DNA of 64,000 nucleotides from assembly GCA_028534125.1 (NCBI GenBank), contig CM052818.1, positions 46,006,001-46,070,000 of the forward strand, given 5' to 3'. This DNA is from Lama glama (Eukaryota). Positions 1 through 12,719 of the stretch are shown piece by piece. The notes beneath the pieces are model-generated. The model had not been told where the DNA came from and did not search any database. It saw nothing but the letters and a program-made list of their open reading frames with translations. Position numbers and translations under genes: made by a program. The first letter of the stretch is position 1; every line of letters begins with the position of its first letter.

Positions 1-914
1 GCAGTCAAGCTGGCCCCCACCCCCAGCCACCAGCCTTCTCTCTCCCTGGTCCCCTCCCCCTCCCTTGATCTGTCTACAGGCCTTCTTAGTGCCTCCAGCC
101 CCCTATGCTCAGCCTCACAGCTTTCTTTCTACGTCCTGTCCCCAGTCCTGTCCCCAAGCGTGAATCTCTGTCATGACCCAGATCGAGGAAGACTTCTTGG
201 ACCACCCAAGATGAAAGCAATCGCTTGCTTTGAATTTCCAAGGCTCCTTTTTTGATGCCACTAATCGGCCCCCCTTGCTCTGCGCTGCCTCGTCTGATTC
301 CCAGATGCCTGTGCGTCATCAAGGTCACCCCGCATTCGCCTCTGTGCCCAGCACAGAGGCAGTGAGAACGCTGTGATACAGGCTTACAGGCCAAGTCCTA
401 ACTCTATCATTTGCAGACAGGCTTATCTGGAGTAAGTCCCGTAAAGTCTTGGAGCCTCATTTTCTCATCTGTTAAATGGGGACAGGAAACCACCTCCCAG
501 ACTTGCTAGGAGGAATAAATGGAGAGATGCATGTAAGTGCTCAATAACTGTGCCCTCCTTCCCTCTGTAGGTCGACGTCCATTGGCTGAGCTGCCTCTGA
601 AGCAGGGAGAGGACAAGGGAGGTGGATTTAGGCCGGGGAGATAAGCTCCCCTCTCTGCTTTCACATGCACATACAGAATTTCACAGGATTTTCCCCAGTA
701 AAATTAGATCCTGACACACATTCAGGGAATTCCCAGCCGCCATTTCTCCAGAAACGGAGAGTAAGGGGGACCCACTTCCAGCCCATCAAGGCCCAGATGC
801 TGAGTCACCAGCCCAGTCCAAACACAACGGTCAGAGAAAAGACAACAGCAGCAAAGCCACAAAGAAGCCGTTTGCGGAGCTAACAGGGGCGGGGAGCACC
901 AGCCCCTTCCTTTC

Positions 915-1805
915 CCACGTGGGCAGTAGAGGTGATTTGCCCTGAAGAGACCCTACGTGGAGTCTGCAGGTGCCCAGAAGGATCCCTAGAGGTCCCCAGC
1001 CAATAGCCAGTAAGGAGCAGAGGACTCCAGCCAACAGCCAGGTGAGGAAGCCCTCTTGGAGGTGGGTCTGCTGCTGGAAAACAGGTTCTTGTCCCGCTCA
1101 GGAAAGAATTCAAGAGCGAGGCATAGCATAGTGAAGTGAAAGCAAGTTTATTCAGGGAGATGCGCACTCCACAGACAGAGTGAAGTACGTCTCACTCTGA
1201 AGGGCGAGCGGCTTAGGAGGTGCGCACTCCGCAGGCAGGACGCAGGCTGTCTCTAAAGGCAAGAGGGAGGGAGACCGAGACGCATGGGGGGGTTAGTTTA
1301 AAATAAAAGTAGACACACACTCATGTAGAGCAAGGGCCGTCTCAGGAGGCAAGGGAGGGACTGCGAGGTGCAGGGCTGTTCGTTTTTATGGGCTCAGTAA
1401 TTCCGTATGCTAACGAGTAGGAGGATTATTCCGACAATTTTGGGGAAGGGGCAGGAATTTCCAGGAATCAGGAACCACTTTTTGACCTTTTATGGGCAGC
1501 CTAGGAGCTGTCACGGCCCCTGTGGGTGTCTCATGGGGCTCAAGGTCGACTGGAAGTCAAATCTTCTGCCATCTTGGTTCTAACCAGTTTGTCTTGTCTT
1601 CAGCTGCTGTCTTATTCCTTCAGTGGTTGTGCCCTGCCCTCTTCCCACCTGTCTCAGGTCCTCAAGCTCTTTCAAGGCTTTCGATGACACAGATCTAGCC
1701 AATAGCTTGACTGCAACCTCACAAGAGACCCTGAGCCAGAACCACCCAGCTCAGCCACTGCCGAATTCCTGACCTTCAGAAACTGTGGGGGAGAATAAAT
1801 GGTGG
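915..1805 (+). mobile_element. MaLR LTR (MLT1F-like), split by the ERV1 LTR
   Basis: Typical MLT1 3' text gagaccctgagccagaaccacccagct...ttcctgacc..cagaaactgtg...aataaatg, which joins across the insertion. Confidence 0.7.
1069..1656 (-). mobile_element. Solo ERV1-class LTR inserted into an older MaLR LTR
   Basis: TG...CA termini; 4-bp TSD GGTC (1065-1068, 1657-1660); minus-strand AATAAA at 1152-1147; internal imperfect repeats. Confidence 0.8.
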
Positions 1806-1879
1806 ATCAAACCAGCCTCTGATTTCTCACCCCTCCTCCCCCAGCAGCCCTGCATATCCAGGAGAGCCTGGCCACGTAC

Positions 1880-2501
1880 CATCTATCACTTGCAGACAGG
1901 GTTACCAGCACATCCAGGCATAGGCAGACATCTTTAAGGACCTCTGGAAGTAACAGAGGGGTCCTTGGGGGACCTTCCGGTGAGGGCAGATCAGAGAATA
2001 CCATTTGCTACATAATGTATTTGTGATCATTTTCTTCTCCTTCAGGTGCTCTCTGGCCAGAGGAAATATGAATTTCACATCTGCTAAGTGCACTTCTCAG
2101 TGTAAATTCTCCCAAAGGTAAACATTATGAACTTTTAATAGGATCCAGGTTTATCTAATATTTACGCAGCACTTACTAAGTACCATGCACCTAAGCCCTA
2201 CGAAAGCCCTGTGAAAGAGGAGTGCTAATCTCATTTTGGGATAAAGAAACGGAGGGTCACAGGTGAAGGAATTTGCCCAGAGTTTCGAAGCTCGTGAGTG
2301 GTAGAAAGGAATTCAAAGTCTTCTGATTCTGAGTTCTATGTCTTTCTCCTGCGCCACGCTGCTTTCCACGGGACAGGAGGGGTCAGGAAGAGAGTGGGGA
2401 GGGAGAAAAGGGACACACAGTCTCCCCAGGGTGTGGGGACCAGGAGATGTTTCTGGATTCATGAGGGTCTCTACTGGCTCCCTCTTTGATCCTTTCTTCT
2501 G
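1880..2501 (-). pseudogene. Candidate exons 2501-2419 (QKKGSKREPVETLMNPETSPGPHTLGR) and 2052-1880 (EHLKEKKMITNTLCSK / frameshift / LLLPEVLKDVCLCLDVLVTLSASDRW)
   Basis: Acceptors cctgtctttactttgcag| and tttcctctggccag|; donors GTGTGT and ATG|GTACGT; phase-2 junction matches. Confidence 0.5.
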
Positions 2502-2744
2502 CTGCAAAGTAAAGACAGGAACCTCGCAGCGAGTGGAGGTCCATGGTGAGCTAGGGGAGTGACCCTGAAGATCACAGCAGGGGATCTCCAAATACTCAAA
2601 GCATTTTCTTTATGTTAAAATAGCACATTTACAGAGCTCAAAAATTCAAATAGTATACTCTTTCCCTATATACCTTTTCACTCCTGTCCTTCAACCATGT
2701 CCCTTTCCCAGAGCCAACTAAGAAACCCAAGGTTCTTGGGTGCT

Positions 2745-2880
2745 TGTATTAGTGTCTTTTTGCTGCTGTAACAAATGACCGCACATTTAGTGCCTTAAGA
2801 CAACACAATTTTATTCTCTTCTAGTTCTGTAGGTTGGAAGTCGGCAACAGGTCTTATTGGCTAAAAATCAAGGTGTCATG
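2745..2880 (-). mobile_element. MLT1-type LTR fragment
   Basis: tgtattagt...gctgctgtaacaaatgacc..ttaagacaacacaattttattctc...aaaatcaaggtgtc motif. Confidence 0.7.
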
Positions 2881-3139
2881 TATTTTAATTTAAAACAATA
2901 AAAAGCAGTCTTGCACATTCAAATGTGGTACATATCTAATTCTAACCTACTGAAAATGTACAACCTATTAATTGCCCTGCTTCATAATCTTCATTTATTT
3001 TTAAGGAAATAGAATGCATAGCACATAATAAAAGTAAGTATTGCTTTGTGGGGGGCAAAAAAATCATGGCAGGGGAAAGGTGCGATCCCGGAGGGAGGAT
3101 GGGACTCTCCCGGATAGTGACAGGGATGCGGTCAGGCCC

Positions 3140-4940
3140 AATGCGACTTCCGGCTTTCCAACAGCCAGAGCTCACAGCACAGCGGCTGCCTTGGAGAAAG
3201 GTCTCCCAGCCTGAAAGGCCTCCTGCCACGGTGGGGGGTCGCAGAGGGCATCAGTCTCTGGTGGGACAGGCTCCTTGCATTTTGAGCATGGAGACCCTTT
3301 TGAGACATTTTATAACAGTGTTTTACAACAAAGCTCCACGCAATGATGATTATGCTTTTAGTTTCCATCACCTGAGAAAATGTGTGAGGCGGAAAAGCCA
3401 TTATAAATCTAGCAATGCCTTTAAAGGGCTATCTTTTTTAAAAACACGACAGCTTCTACAGATGTGTTTAAAATAATCATAAGTACAGAGCCAGGCTTGG
3501 AACTATTCCAATCCTGCAGTCATGGCTGAGAATCAAGAGAAGAGAACTTGGTGGCAAACACGTCACCCACCACCAGGTGCCACCCAGCCAGAAGCTAAGC
3601 GTCTTGGTACTGTAGTCCTGCTGAGTCCCCAGGCAGGTCCAGACCCGCCTCCGTGACTCTCCGGTCCTGGAGGCTCCCTCCGAGGCCATTTGCCCCAGGA
3701 GAGCAGCTATTCCTGTGGCACATTTAAGGTTCCCAAGCAGCCCCCAACTAACTCAGGCCCCTGTGGATACCCCACGCAGCCTGTCCAGCTCAACAGGAAG
3801 CCCACAGCCAGCTGGACTGGCTACCCACTGCCATCGCCCTCACCCCATCTTTCAGCACTCACCTGTGACTTCCCAGGGGCCCCTTTGGAGGCTGAGATCA
3901 CTAGCCTCTCCTGAGGTCTGCAGCTCAGAAGCAGGTGTTTGAGGCCCCCAGGAACAGGGGGTAATCTGATTGACCCTTAAGAGACTTAGAAAAAACTGGA
4001 AAGGCAGAGCCCCTTCTTAAAAATAATGCCTGGCTTCACTTTGGCCGATGCTGGAGGGACCATCATTAAATTGTGCATATTTGTGTATTCATTTTGGAGA
4101 GACCCTAGCTCAAACACGAACACCCTCAGGGCAGTTAAAACCTTCAACACTCAGTGGTCGAGGAGTGTCTCCCCCTAGAGAGTAAGAGCTGCGTACCTGT
4201 TGGATGGATGGATGGATGGGTGGATGGAAGGAGGTGTGAAAAATACACAAATAGAGGGAAGAGGAAAATCAGGGTCTGTGTCCTTGCTTGTTTCCAGGAA
4301 AGAAGCATGCTTTTCCTGACCTGCCACCACATTTGTGCCTGGACAACGGGTCCCAGGACTTTCTCAGTGGTGTCAGTCATCTGTGCAGAGAAACAGCTGC
4401 CTGGTCCCATAGGCCTGGCTAGCGTTCGGGCTGCCTCAACTTCCTCTGCACACACTTCGCCTGGGGAATGGTCCCAGATGGCACCCACATGGGCACAAAC
4501 AGCAGAGCCCACAGCTCCGAGCTCGGGACAGGGAGAGGGAGCCCTTGTGTGAGAGCTGGCCCCCCCTTCAGAAGGAAGGGGCTTATGGGTTAGTGACAGG
4601 GCTGATCCCTTCCTGGGGCTCAGAAAATCAAAGGTGTCGCATTTCTAAGAGAATCAGAAAGGAGCAGGAGGAGTTGGGTCTGTAAAAGCAGGCCCTGGGG
4701 CCGCCTCTCCGCAGGGGCTTTCTGGAATGGGACCCAGACTTATCTCTGATCAACAGAACAAGCAGGCAGATAAGAGAAAACCCCGCTGTGCTTCCTGACT
4801 GCACCCCCACCAGAAGAGGGGCGGGAGAACCTGTCTTGCCCCCCGCTGCTCCTCTAGGGGGCCTCCCCATGCCTTGCAGGGAGAGCAAACAGCATGCAAG
4901 AATTCCTGTGGTCATTAAACTGTTGTCAGAGATGCAGCCA
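3140..4940 (-). pseudogene. Decayed exons 4940-4878, 4460-4321 and 3371-~3140 (RGS C-terminal-helix-like AKCVQRKLRQPER*PGLWDQAAVSLHR*LTPLRKSWDP)
   Basis: Acceptors ctgtccctttccag|, ccattccccag|, cacattttctcag|; donor CAG|GTCAGG; phases 0-0, 0-2, 2- join; several stops. Confidence 0.5.
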
Positions 4941-5199
4941 CTGGAAAGGGACAGTGAGAGCCATCTGACAGGACCATGAATCTTTTAGTGCAGTTGATCG
5001 AGGATGGGAAAGGAGGCTTTCCTCCAGCTGAGCTGGGCTGCCAAGGATGCCCTGAAGATGCAGAACTATTGGTCACTAGCAGCTGACCTTGGCCAACCAA
5101 CTCGTTTCCTTTGAGTCTTAGTTTCCTTATTTATAAAATGATAGTAAGGTTATGATGAGAATGAGAAAGGTGGTGCATGTGGCAGGCCCACACACCTCT

Positions 5200-5950
5200 G
5201 GTTCCCCTTCTCTGCCAACAAACCAGAAGCCAGCTTTATTCAGGTTCTCAGGCATCCCTGTGCTTCAGGAGAAGCAGTGCCCCTTCCCAGCTCAATCGGG
5301 GTGGGTCTTGATTGGTCTAAACCAGTTATGGCAAGCCCATTTCCTTTCAGTGAGTAGTTTGTGAATGAGCATGCAGTTTCATTCTGGCTAAGTGGCCATG
5401 ACAGGAAGCCTCTGGGGGAATTTGGGGAAAGTTTCCTTCATCTTAAAAAGAAACATAAGGAAGGGATTTTCTCTTTTTCTGGCCTTTGGGCGTTGTTGGG
5501 TGAAGACGTGATACTTGGAGCTGCTGCAGCCATATTGTGACATAAGGGATAGTACTGAACAAAAAGGCCAAAAAGCAGAGCACAAAGATGAAAAGAACTC
5601 CAGTCCATGGTGACAAAGTTGAGCTGTAGAATTAATTGCCCTTGGAATGTCCCTGCCTTGGGACATCTTGTTAAGTGAGAGAACCCAATCCTATGGTTCA
5701 ATACATAGTAGAGTGGTAGTCAAGGGCAAAGGTTCCAGGCTAGACTACCAGATCCAGGCTCTGCCACTTATGATTTTCAGCATGTTCACTTCTCTTGTCT
5801 TTGTCTCCTCATCTGTAAAATGGGCATGGGGATAATTACTCTATCTACTTTATGAGAATGTTGCTAGGATTAAAACGGTTACTGTCTTAGCCATTATTAT
5901 TGCAAGCCATTTTGAGCCTTTTCTGTTTTTATAGCTGAAAACCTCTTGAC
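5200..5950 (+). mobile_element. Old MLT1J/K-like LTR with an inserted MIR (~5710-5880)
   Basis: MLT1J-like cttctgggg..ggaaagtttcct and gctgcagccat motifs; MIR core ctcatctgtaaaatggg. Confidence 0.55.
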
Positions 5951-7269
5951 ACAGTAAGCACTGAGCACATAGTGGGTATCAGTCAGTAGCAGCTGTGTCC
6001 ACGACTTCCTAGACTGAAGGAATGTATGCATGTGGGCTGCGTGTATAGAAATGGTAAAGAAGATCGAATGAGCTTCTCAAGTGGAAAGTTGCTGGACCCC
6101 TGCTCGCCACCCCTAGATGAGGGTTCCACAGGGGAGGCAGAGTTCTCTCCAGGAATGATGCTACTTCAAGTGGTTCCTTCCCCTTGCCTTCCTGAGCCAC
6201 TAAGGGTTCTGTAGCCAGCATAGCCCAACGGCCGGTTAGGGTCTCCACGTGCCCAGCTAGCCTAATATGAGCTCAGTCCTTCAACCTCAAGGTCAAGGCT
6301 TCAATCCCCACAGTCATCCTGCGAGGTCTAAGCGTCCTGTCTGTGTCTGTATGCAGTGAATATCAGACTTGGAATGAAAAGGATGCATTCTCATTGCCTC
6401 TGTCTGAGACCCACAATGGTGTCCCTTTCTCCCTACAGTTTCTAGACAGTTTCAGGCTTACTCATCACATGCAGGAGGTCGCACATTCTGCTACTTCTCA
6501 GTTAGATGAGCTTGGGTGAGTCGCTTATCACTAAGCCCCCATTTCCTCGTCCATCCGTGAACTGGAGTAACATCACCTGCCTCATGCAGTTCCTCTGCGA
6601 ATAAGAACTGGGTCAATATGTCAACCCCCTAGCAGGGTGCCTGGCACTGAGTGGGTGCCGCCTGCAGGGCCTCAGGAACCCCAAGGTAGTAGGAAGTTGA
6701 CTATTACCCAGAGCTTTAGGGACACTCACATACGGAAGACACACAGAGCCAAGTACCCAACAGAAGGCTGCGTCTGTTCAGAGAGGGGTCGGGACCGGGT
6801 GTCCGTCCAGGCAGAAGAGAAGCAGATCTTGGAAGCCAGGGCAGGAAGCCAGGCGCTGGCGAGGCAGGGCGCTGAGTCAGGGGCAGCGCAGGAGCGACCC
6901 GTCAGGAGTAGCAGGGGCCAGCGCTGGGCGTGCATCAGATGCAGGTACCGCTGGTCAAGACTGGTTCCCTGAGCGAGGAGGCAGCAAGGGAGGGTCAGAT
7001 AAGGTCAGACAGGAGCAGAGATCGTCACACAAGCTGCTCCCATGAGCAGACTCGGGATACTATGAAGCTGGGTTGGGGTGGGGTTAGCCAGCGCTGAATG
7101 GGAGCCAAAATAGGGGGTTGGGGCCCAAACAAAAAAGCCTTGGTTTCCAGGGGCCCCAGTGGCCCTGAGAGCAATCCTCTGGCCATGGAGTACAAACACA
7201 GATGCAAAGTAGACTAGAAGAGAAGCGGGCAGCAGAGGGGAAAGTTTCTGATTCCCGAGACACCACCCC

Positions 7270-7544
7270 CCACTGCGAATCAGAGGAAACTGAATAGTGA
7301 GAAGCTCTTCTGGTGGCAGAAGCCACCGCAGGAGAGTCACCAAGAGCTGCTGCGCCAGCGGTGGGGCCCTCATCTGGTCCTGGACTTGGGGGAGGAGGCT
7401 TCCTAGGACCACAGGAGAAGACAGCAATGTACAGTCCTGCAGCAGCAGCCGGTCGCCGTGGTCCAGCCCTGGACTCTCAACTCACCCGCGTCCAGTCGTA
7501 GAGAAGTTTCTGGTCGTCCGAGGAGTCCCAATAGTTCATACCGT
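7270..7544 (-). pseudogene. Candidate exon(s): MNYWDSSDDQKLLYDWTR (7544-7486) and a downstream LLQDCTLLSSPVVLGSLLPQVQDQMRAPPLAQQLLVTLLRWLLPP segment
   Basis: Acceptor cttcctcctttgccttgag|; donor CGG|GTGAGT at 7485; locally CpG-rich. Confidence 0.45.
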
Positions 7545-8180
7545 CTCAAGGCAAAGGAGGAAGAATGTGACCCTGCTCTTCACCCCACACTCTCTCCTGT
7601 GGATCAGTCAGTTTAAAATGTGTAAACACTGTGACCGACTCTGCAAGGGCAAAATGAAAAGTCCTTAAATCCTTCTTTATTTCTGACTTGGAAGGACCCA
7701 AACCAAGAGCGGTTAGTTGAGGAAATATTCTACTAACCTTGGGAAGAAAGACTTCACGGAGGTGACTGCCCAGCAACGCCTCCTGGGGGTTGGGGCTCAT
7801 CCAATGACAATCAGAAAACTTCAGAGAAGATGGAATTTTAGGACCAGGCGTTCCCTGAGTCATCTGGTTCAACCCCATCGCCTACCAGGTGGGGAAGGGA
7901 GGCCCCGAGCAGTAAGTTCATCAGTAACTCAAGTTCCCCAGAGGCATCTCACCCAACCTTCTCATTTTACAGTCGAGGAAACTGAGGCCCTGCAAGCTTC
8001 AAAGACTGGCCTCAAGCAGCTCAGAGGCCTGGGGCAGAGTGTGACCAGGTCTCCGAGTCTGAGCCCTTTTCTCCTTTAAGTCCCGCCCCATTACCGACTT
8101 TCCTGTATTATTGAGAAATCAACCCACAAATGCCTGTGTATCCTTCCCCATAACATCCAGACAGAATTCCAGACGGTTAC

Positions 8181-8409
8181 AGCCTCGAAAAACAACCCCT
8201 TCGGTTTCCGGAGAGAATTTTTCCATTTTTTTCAAATCTCTGCATTGATGCAATGGTTTCACAACATCAGAATTATATGTTTTCAAGAGCAGCTCTTGTC
8301 AAACATACAATTTGGAGAAGAATGTTGGTCATGAGCTTTAACAATTCCTCCCCATCCAATTAGGAAAGCAGAGTTTGGCTCCAGGGCAAGTCAAGATTTT
8401 TAAACCTTC
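8181..8409 (-). pseudogene. Decayed candidate exon (RFKNLDLPWSQTLLS*LDGEELLKLMTNILLQIVCLTRAALENI*...)
   Basis: AG acceptor, GCT|GTAACC donor; helical protein-like translation with three stops. Confidence 0.4.
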
Positions 8410-9339
8410 CTGACAAATTTGCATAAACACCCTCATTTAAAATGAAAAATGAAAAAGCAAGCCCAGGCTTCAGATGACAGGTTCTGCTTCAGCACAAGCT
8501 TCACTGAACTTCAGCTCTAATTTAAAGGTTTCTCTTTCCAAAGACAGGTTTCCAAGAGCCTTCTGGCTATATTAGACCCTTACAGAGATAAGCAGATCTT
8601 TTGGAGCCAAAGCTGGTTCTTGACTAGCTGCAAGTCTCAGATTCAGGCTTAGACCTGAGACAAACACAATATAGTAAATCAATTATACGTCAATTAAAAA
8701 AAATCCCTCTCTAGCTGCCTTCCCACTCTAGTCCCCTTCAAGGCAAACGTCAGAAAGTGTTGCCCAGGCATGTACCTCTGCTGCCTTATCTCCTATTCAC
8801 TCTTTGGAGACCTCACTTCCACACCAAGCCTGCCTCTTGTTGAGGTCGCCAGTGACCTTCACGGTGCCCCACCCTATGGACAAGCCTCTGTCCTCTCCCA
8901 TCTGAACATTCTGCCCCACCCGACACTTGACTGACTTCCGGGGAGCCCCTCAGGTTCCTCTGGTCAGCCCCAGTTTATTGGCTGGTTCTTCTTTCTTCTT
9001 CCTCTAGATACTGGGTCTCTTCAGATCTGCTTCCAAGCCCTCTTCTTTTATCCCTTTTAAACCCTCACTCTAGGTAATCTCATCCATTACCGTGTCTTAA
9101 TTTCCACTTTTATTTTTAATTTATTTTTTGGACTAGATGATGCATGTACACAGTACAACATCTTTAAAGTACACAGGCTTACAATGGAAAGAAAGTCTTT
9201 CTCCCTTTTCTGTTGGCACTGCTCCTCAATTCTCGTGCAGCCTGCCAGAGATGTCCTAGACATTACAGACCTGCATATACATTTCTCCACGTAAACAGTA
9301 CATGTGGCACACAGGATCCTGCATGTGGTGGCCATGAAA

Positions 9340-9705
9340 ACATGCCAACCAGTCTCCAGCTGCAGGGAGCAGAGTAGGCTGACAGCCCAGCCACCACTTT
9401 GCTTCCTGCAAGGTATTCCCAGCCCGTGACTGCCAGCAGGGTCACCCAGGCAGAACTGCTGCTTCCTAGAGACAGGTTTGGGGACTCCCCATCAGCCTGG
9501 TGGAAACTTTCTTGCCCTGCACTGCCATCCAAGATACTTCCTAACCTCTCACCCTCCTTCCTTCCTGCTCTCTTCCCGCAGGTATGAGACCTGCACCCCA
9601 GTCTGAAGGCTGCCCTCACCCTCAGCTTCTCCTGCTCCCTCCCCCAATAAATATTTTGCACGTCTAATCCCATCTTGGAATTGGTTTCTTCTGGGACCAG
9701 AACTA
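9340..9705 (+). mobile_element. ERVL LTR (LTR16-like)
   Basis: agacctgca..cagtctgaaggct...cccccaataaat..tttgcacgtctaatcccatcttgg..ttcttctgggacc 3' signature. Confidence 0.65.
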
Positions 9706-10457
9706 TCATAGTACAGAACTATCATTATTTCTCCCTTAAATTTTTTTTTGGAGAAATTTCCTTTTCAGTACATTTAGAGCTTCCTCATTGTTTTTCCCGC
9801 CCCATCTTATTCTCTAATTATTCAACCAGCCTCCAAGACCAATGGACCCTGAAGTCATTTCCCATCATTTCCTACCAAACAGGGCTGTGGTGAGTACCCT
9901 CCCACAGGCATCACCTCCCCAGGTGCAGATATAGCTGGAGGATAAACACACAGTGACCTGTGGACCTGGCTGCTCATAGCCCTTTCCTCACTTCCTATTG
10001 TTTGTTAGTCTTTTTCTTAATGACTTGGAGGCCCTCTTTGTTGATTTATTTTGGCATTTATTCATTATGCCACTTGTTTAGTTGAATTTTAATTGAAGTA
10101 GAGTTGATTTACAATATGTTTGTTTTGGGTATACAGTTATTTACTTATTTTTTAAGCTTTTTTTGCTACAAATAATAAAAACTGCATCTTCAATTTTACT
10201 GTAAAGTTCTGCCTTGATTTGCTCATTTGCATGATGAGGATGGAGGTGTGGGTTCTTGGGCCGCATTCCAGGGGTACCAGTACCTTACTAGCCACAGGGT
10301 GGTAATCTTTTTCTTTCTCTTGCCTCTCCAGCTCCCACGCCATTTCTTTTTCATTCTTTTAACCCCTCTGGACATTTTATAACCAATTCCCTGTGTTAAA
10401 CTCCCTCTGAAGTACCTAGAATGGTTTCTGTTTCCCTGGACACTGGACTGAACACTG

Positions 10458-10832
10458 ACTGTCTAAATCATCTCAAGCTGCTGTGACAAAATGCCACAGA
10501 CTGAGTGGCTTAAAGAACAGAAAATGATTTCTCATAATTCTGGAGCCTGGAAAGTCTGAGCTCAGGGTGCCAGCGCAGTTGGGATCTGGTGAGAGCCCTC
10601 TTCCCGGCTTATAGATATCGCCTTCTCAGTGCCTCCTCACGTGGTGGAGAGCCCGTGAGCTCTAGTCTCTCTTCCTTTCTGAGCAGTAACCCCATCATGG
10701 GGCCCCACCCGCATGACCTCACCTAAACCTTATTACCTCCCAAAGGCCCCACCTCCAAATATTATCTCTTGGGCGTTAAGGGTTCAACATATGAATTTGA
10801 GGGTAGGGGCATAAACATTCGGTCCATAGCAT
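10458..10832 (-). mobile_element. MaLR LTR (MLT1A/MST-like)
   Basis: gctgctgtgacaaaatgccacagactgagtggcttaa...catgacctcacctaaacc.tattacctcccaaaggccccacctccaaata...tcaacatatgaattt. Confidence 0.8.
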
Positions 10833-11249
10833 TGACTGAAATACTTCCCGAGACCAAAACATGCTTTGTGATTTCCCCCCAGATTCATCTACTACCACAC
10901 TACCTCTCATTCATTACACACCAGCTGGACCAGTCTCCTTTTCCTTCCTTGAACACACAAGTCTTTCTTGCCTCAGGGCCTTTTCACATGCTGGTCATAC
11001 TACCTAAGGTGCTCTTTACCCTACTCTTTCATAAATGACTCATTCTAATCATTCAGCTCTTTAGCTGAAATGTCACTTCCTTTGAGTGACCCACCCTCAC
11101 CTACTGTCTAGGTATATTTACCCCACAGACACATTAATCTCTTACTCTGCATCCTGTGTTCTCCCTTCCCTGCGCTTGTCATGATTGGTAATTATTTTAT
11201 TTCTTTGGCTTCCCACAACCCTACACTAAACCACTAAACTATAAGGTCC

Positions 11250-11425
11250 TTTTTTAAAAAAAAAATGAAGTATAGTTGGTTTACAATGTTGTGTTAATTT
11301 CTGGTGTTCAGCATAGTGATTCAATTCTACATATAAACATGTATTCCTTTTCATATTCTTTTTCATTGCAAGGTATTGAATATAGTTCCCTGTGCTATAC
11401 AGGAGGACCTTGTTGTTTATCTAAT
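11250..11425 (-). mobile_element. Truncated cetartiodactyl-type L1 3' end within an L2 fragment
   Basis: T-rich tail, then gaagtatagttggtttacaatgttgtgtta...tatagttccctgtgctatacag; AAGGTCCT repeated on both flanks. Confidence 0.75.
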
Positions 11426-12127
11426 TCCAAGGTCCTGAGGGCAGAGTCTGCTTCATCAATAAAGCTCCAGGGCTTAGAACAAACAGTTCCTGATACAGGG
11501 TAGGTGCTAAATGAATAAATGACTAGAGGGGATGGTAAGGATGGAGAGCTAAATTGAGATCATGGCAGTGGAGTCCTATACGGACACAACAGATCATTTC
11601 AATATTGCTTTTAGCATAATTATTATTGGCTTTGTATTATTTCTTTCCGCTCCTTCCATGGTTCCCTGGGCCTGATGACTGCTCTAAAGATTGGTGAGAT
11701 TGGTTGGCTTTTTCCAGGGACTTCATTTTCACGGGTGCACATCCCTCAGCGCTGAGCTGGAGGCGGCAGCCTCAGCAGGGGTTGCCATAGCAACGGCTTG
11801 ACAGAGCTCCGAGTAACTGCAGTCTCAGGTCTGTAGCAGTAGAAAGGGCAGCTTTTGGGTAACAAGGACCTTGTCTATGGACTTTGGGGTGGAGGGCAAG
11901 GGTGCTGCAAGCTGTCCAGGGGAGCTTGGCCCCAAGCCTATGGCCTCCACAGCTCTGTGTGTGGTTTTCTGACAAAAGAAACAAAATACCTGTGCTTAGC
12001 AATTAGTGACTGATGAGAAAATACACACCTAGGATCAAATCACTTGACAGGCAGACAGGTAACACCAGGAGGGCAGGAGGCAGGCAACTCCCCAAATCTA
12101 CTCCTGCTGGGTTTTTTGTTTATGTTT

Positions 12128-12258
12128 TTAAATTTTTTCTTTTCGGAAGGGAGGAAATTAGGTATATTTATTTATTTTTTAATGGAGGTACTGGGGATTG
12201 AACCCCAGATCTTGTGCATGCTAAGCAGACATACTAACACTGAGCTTTATCTTCCCCA
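12128..12258 (-). mobile_element. tRNA-derived SINE (camelid Vic-1-like) inserted in a MER58-like hAT MITE (~12080-12440)
   Basis: ggaggtactggggattgaacccca..catgctaagca..actgagct (B/A boxes on - strand); flanks match MER58A text (aataaagttttattgaaac...atctggccctttataggaaaagttt). Confidence 0.8.
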
Positions 12259-12529
12259 CTCCCTGCTGCCTGTTTTTATAAATAAAGTTTTATTGAAACT
12301 CAGCCATAACCATTTATTACATATTGTCTCTAGCTGTTTTTAGGCTACATGGAAGAGCAGTTGCAACAGAGACCTTGGGTCCACAAAACCTGAAGTGCTT
12401 ACTATCTGGCCCTTTATAGGAAAAGTTTACTGACTCCTGGGTATAAACGTTTTGAAGGTTGGGGGAGGTAAGGACCGGAGAGAGTGTATATGGCCTTCCA
12501 CAGGTGATATGTTTTCTTTCATTCATTCT

Positions 12530-12620
12530 TTCTTTTTTTTTTAATTTTAATGGAGGTACTGGGTATCGAACCCAGGACTTAGGGCATGCTAAGCATGCAC
12601 TCTACCACCGAGCCCTCCCT
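12530..12620 (-). mobile_element. Vic-1-like SINE
   Basis: ggaggtactgggtatcgaacccaggac..gcatgctaagcatgcactctaccac. Confidence 0.8.
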
Positions 12621-12719
12621 GCTATTTTCCTTTTTAACATTCACTGATTCTTTAATGCGTTATCACAGTTACTCTTCACAGCTCCTTTTTACTTTTTACC
12701 TTTTAAAATGAGAGGAATC

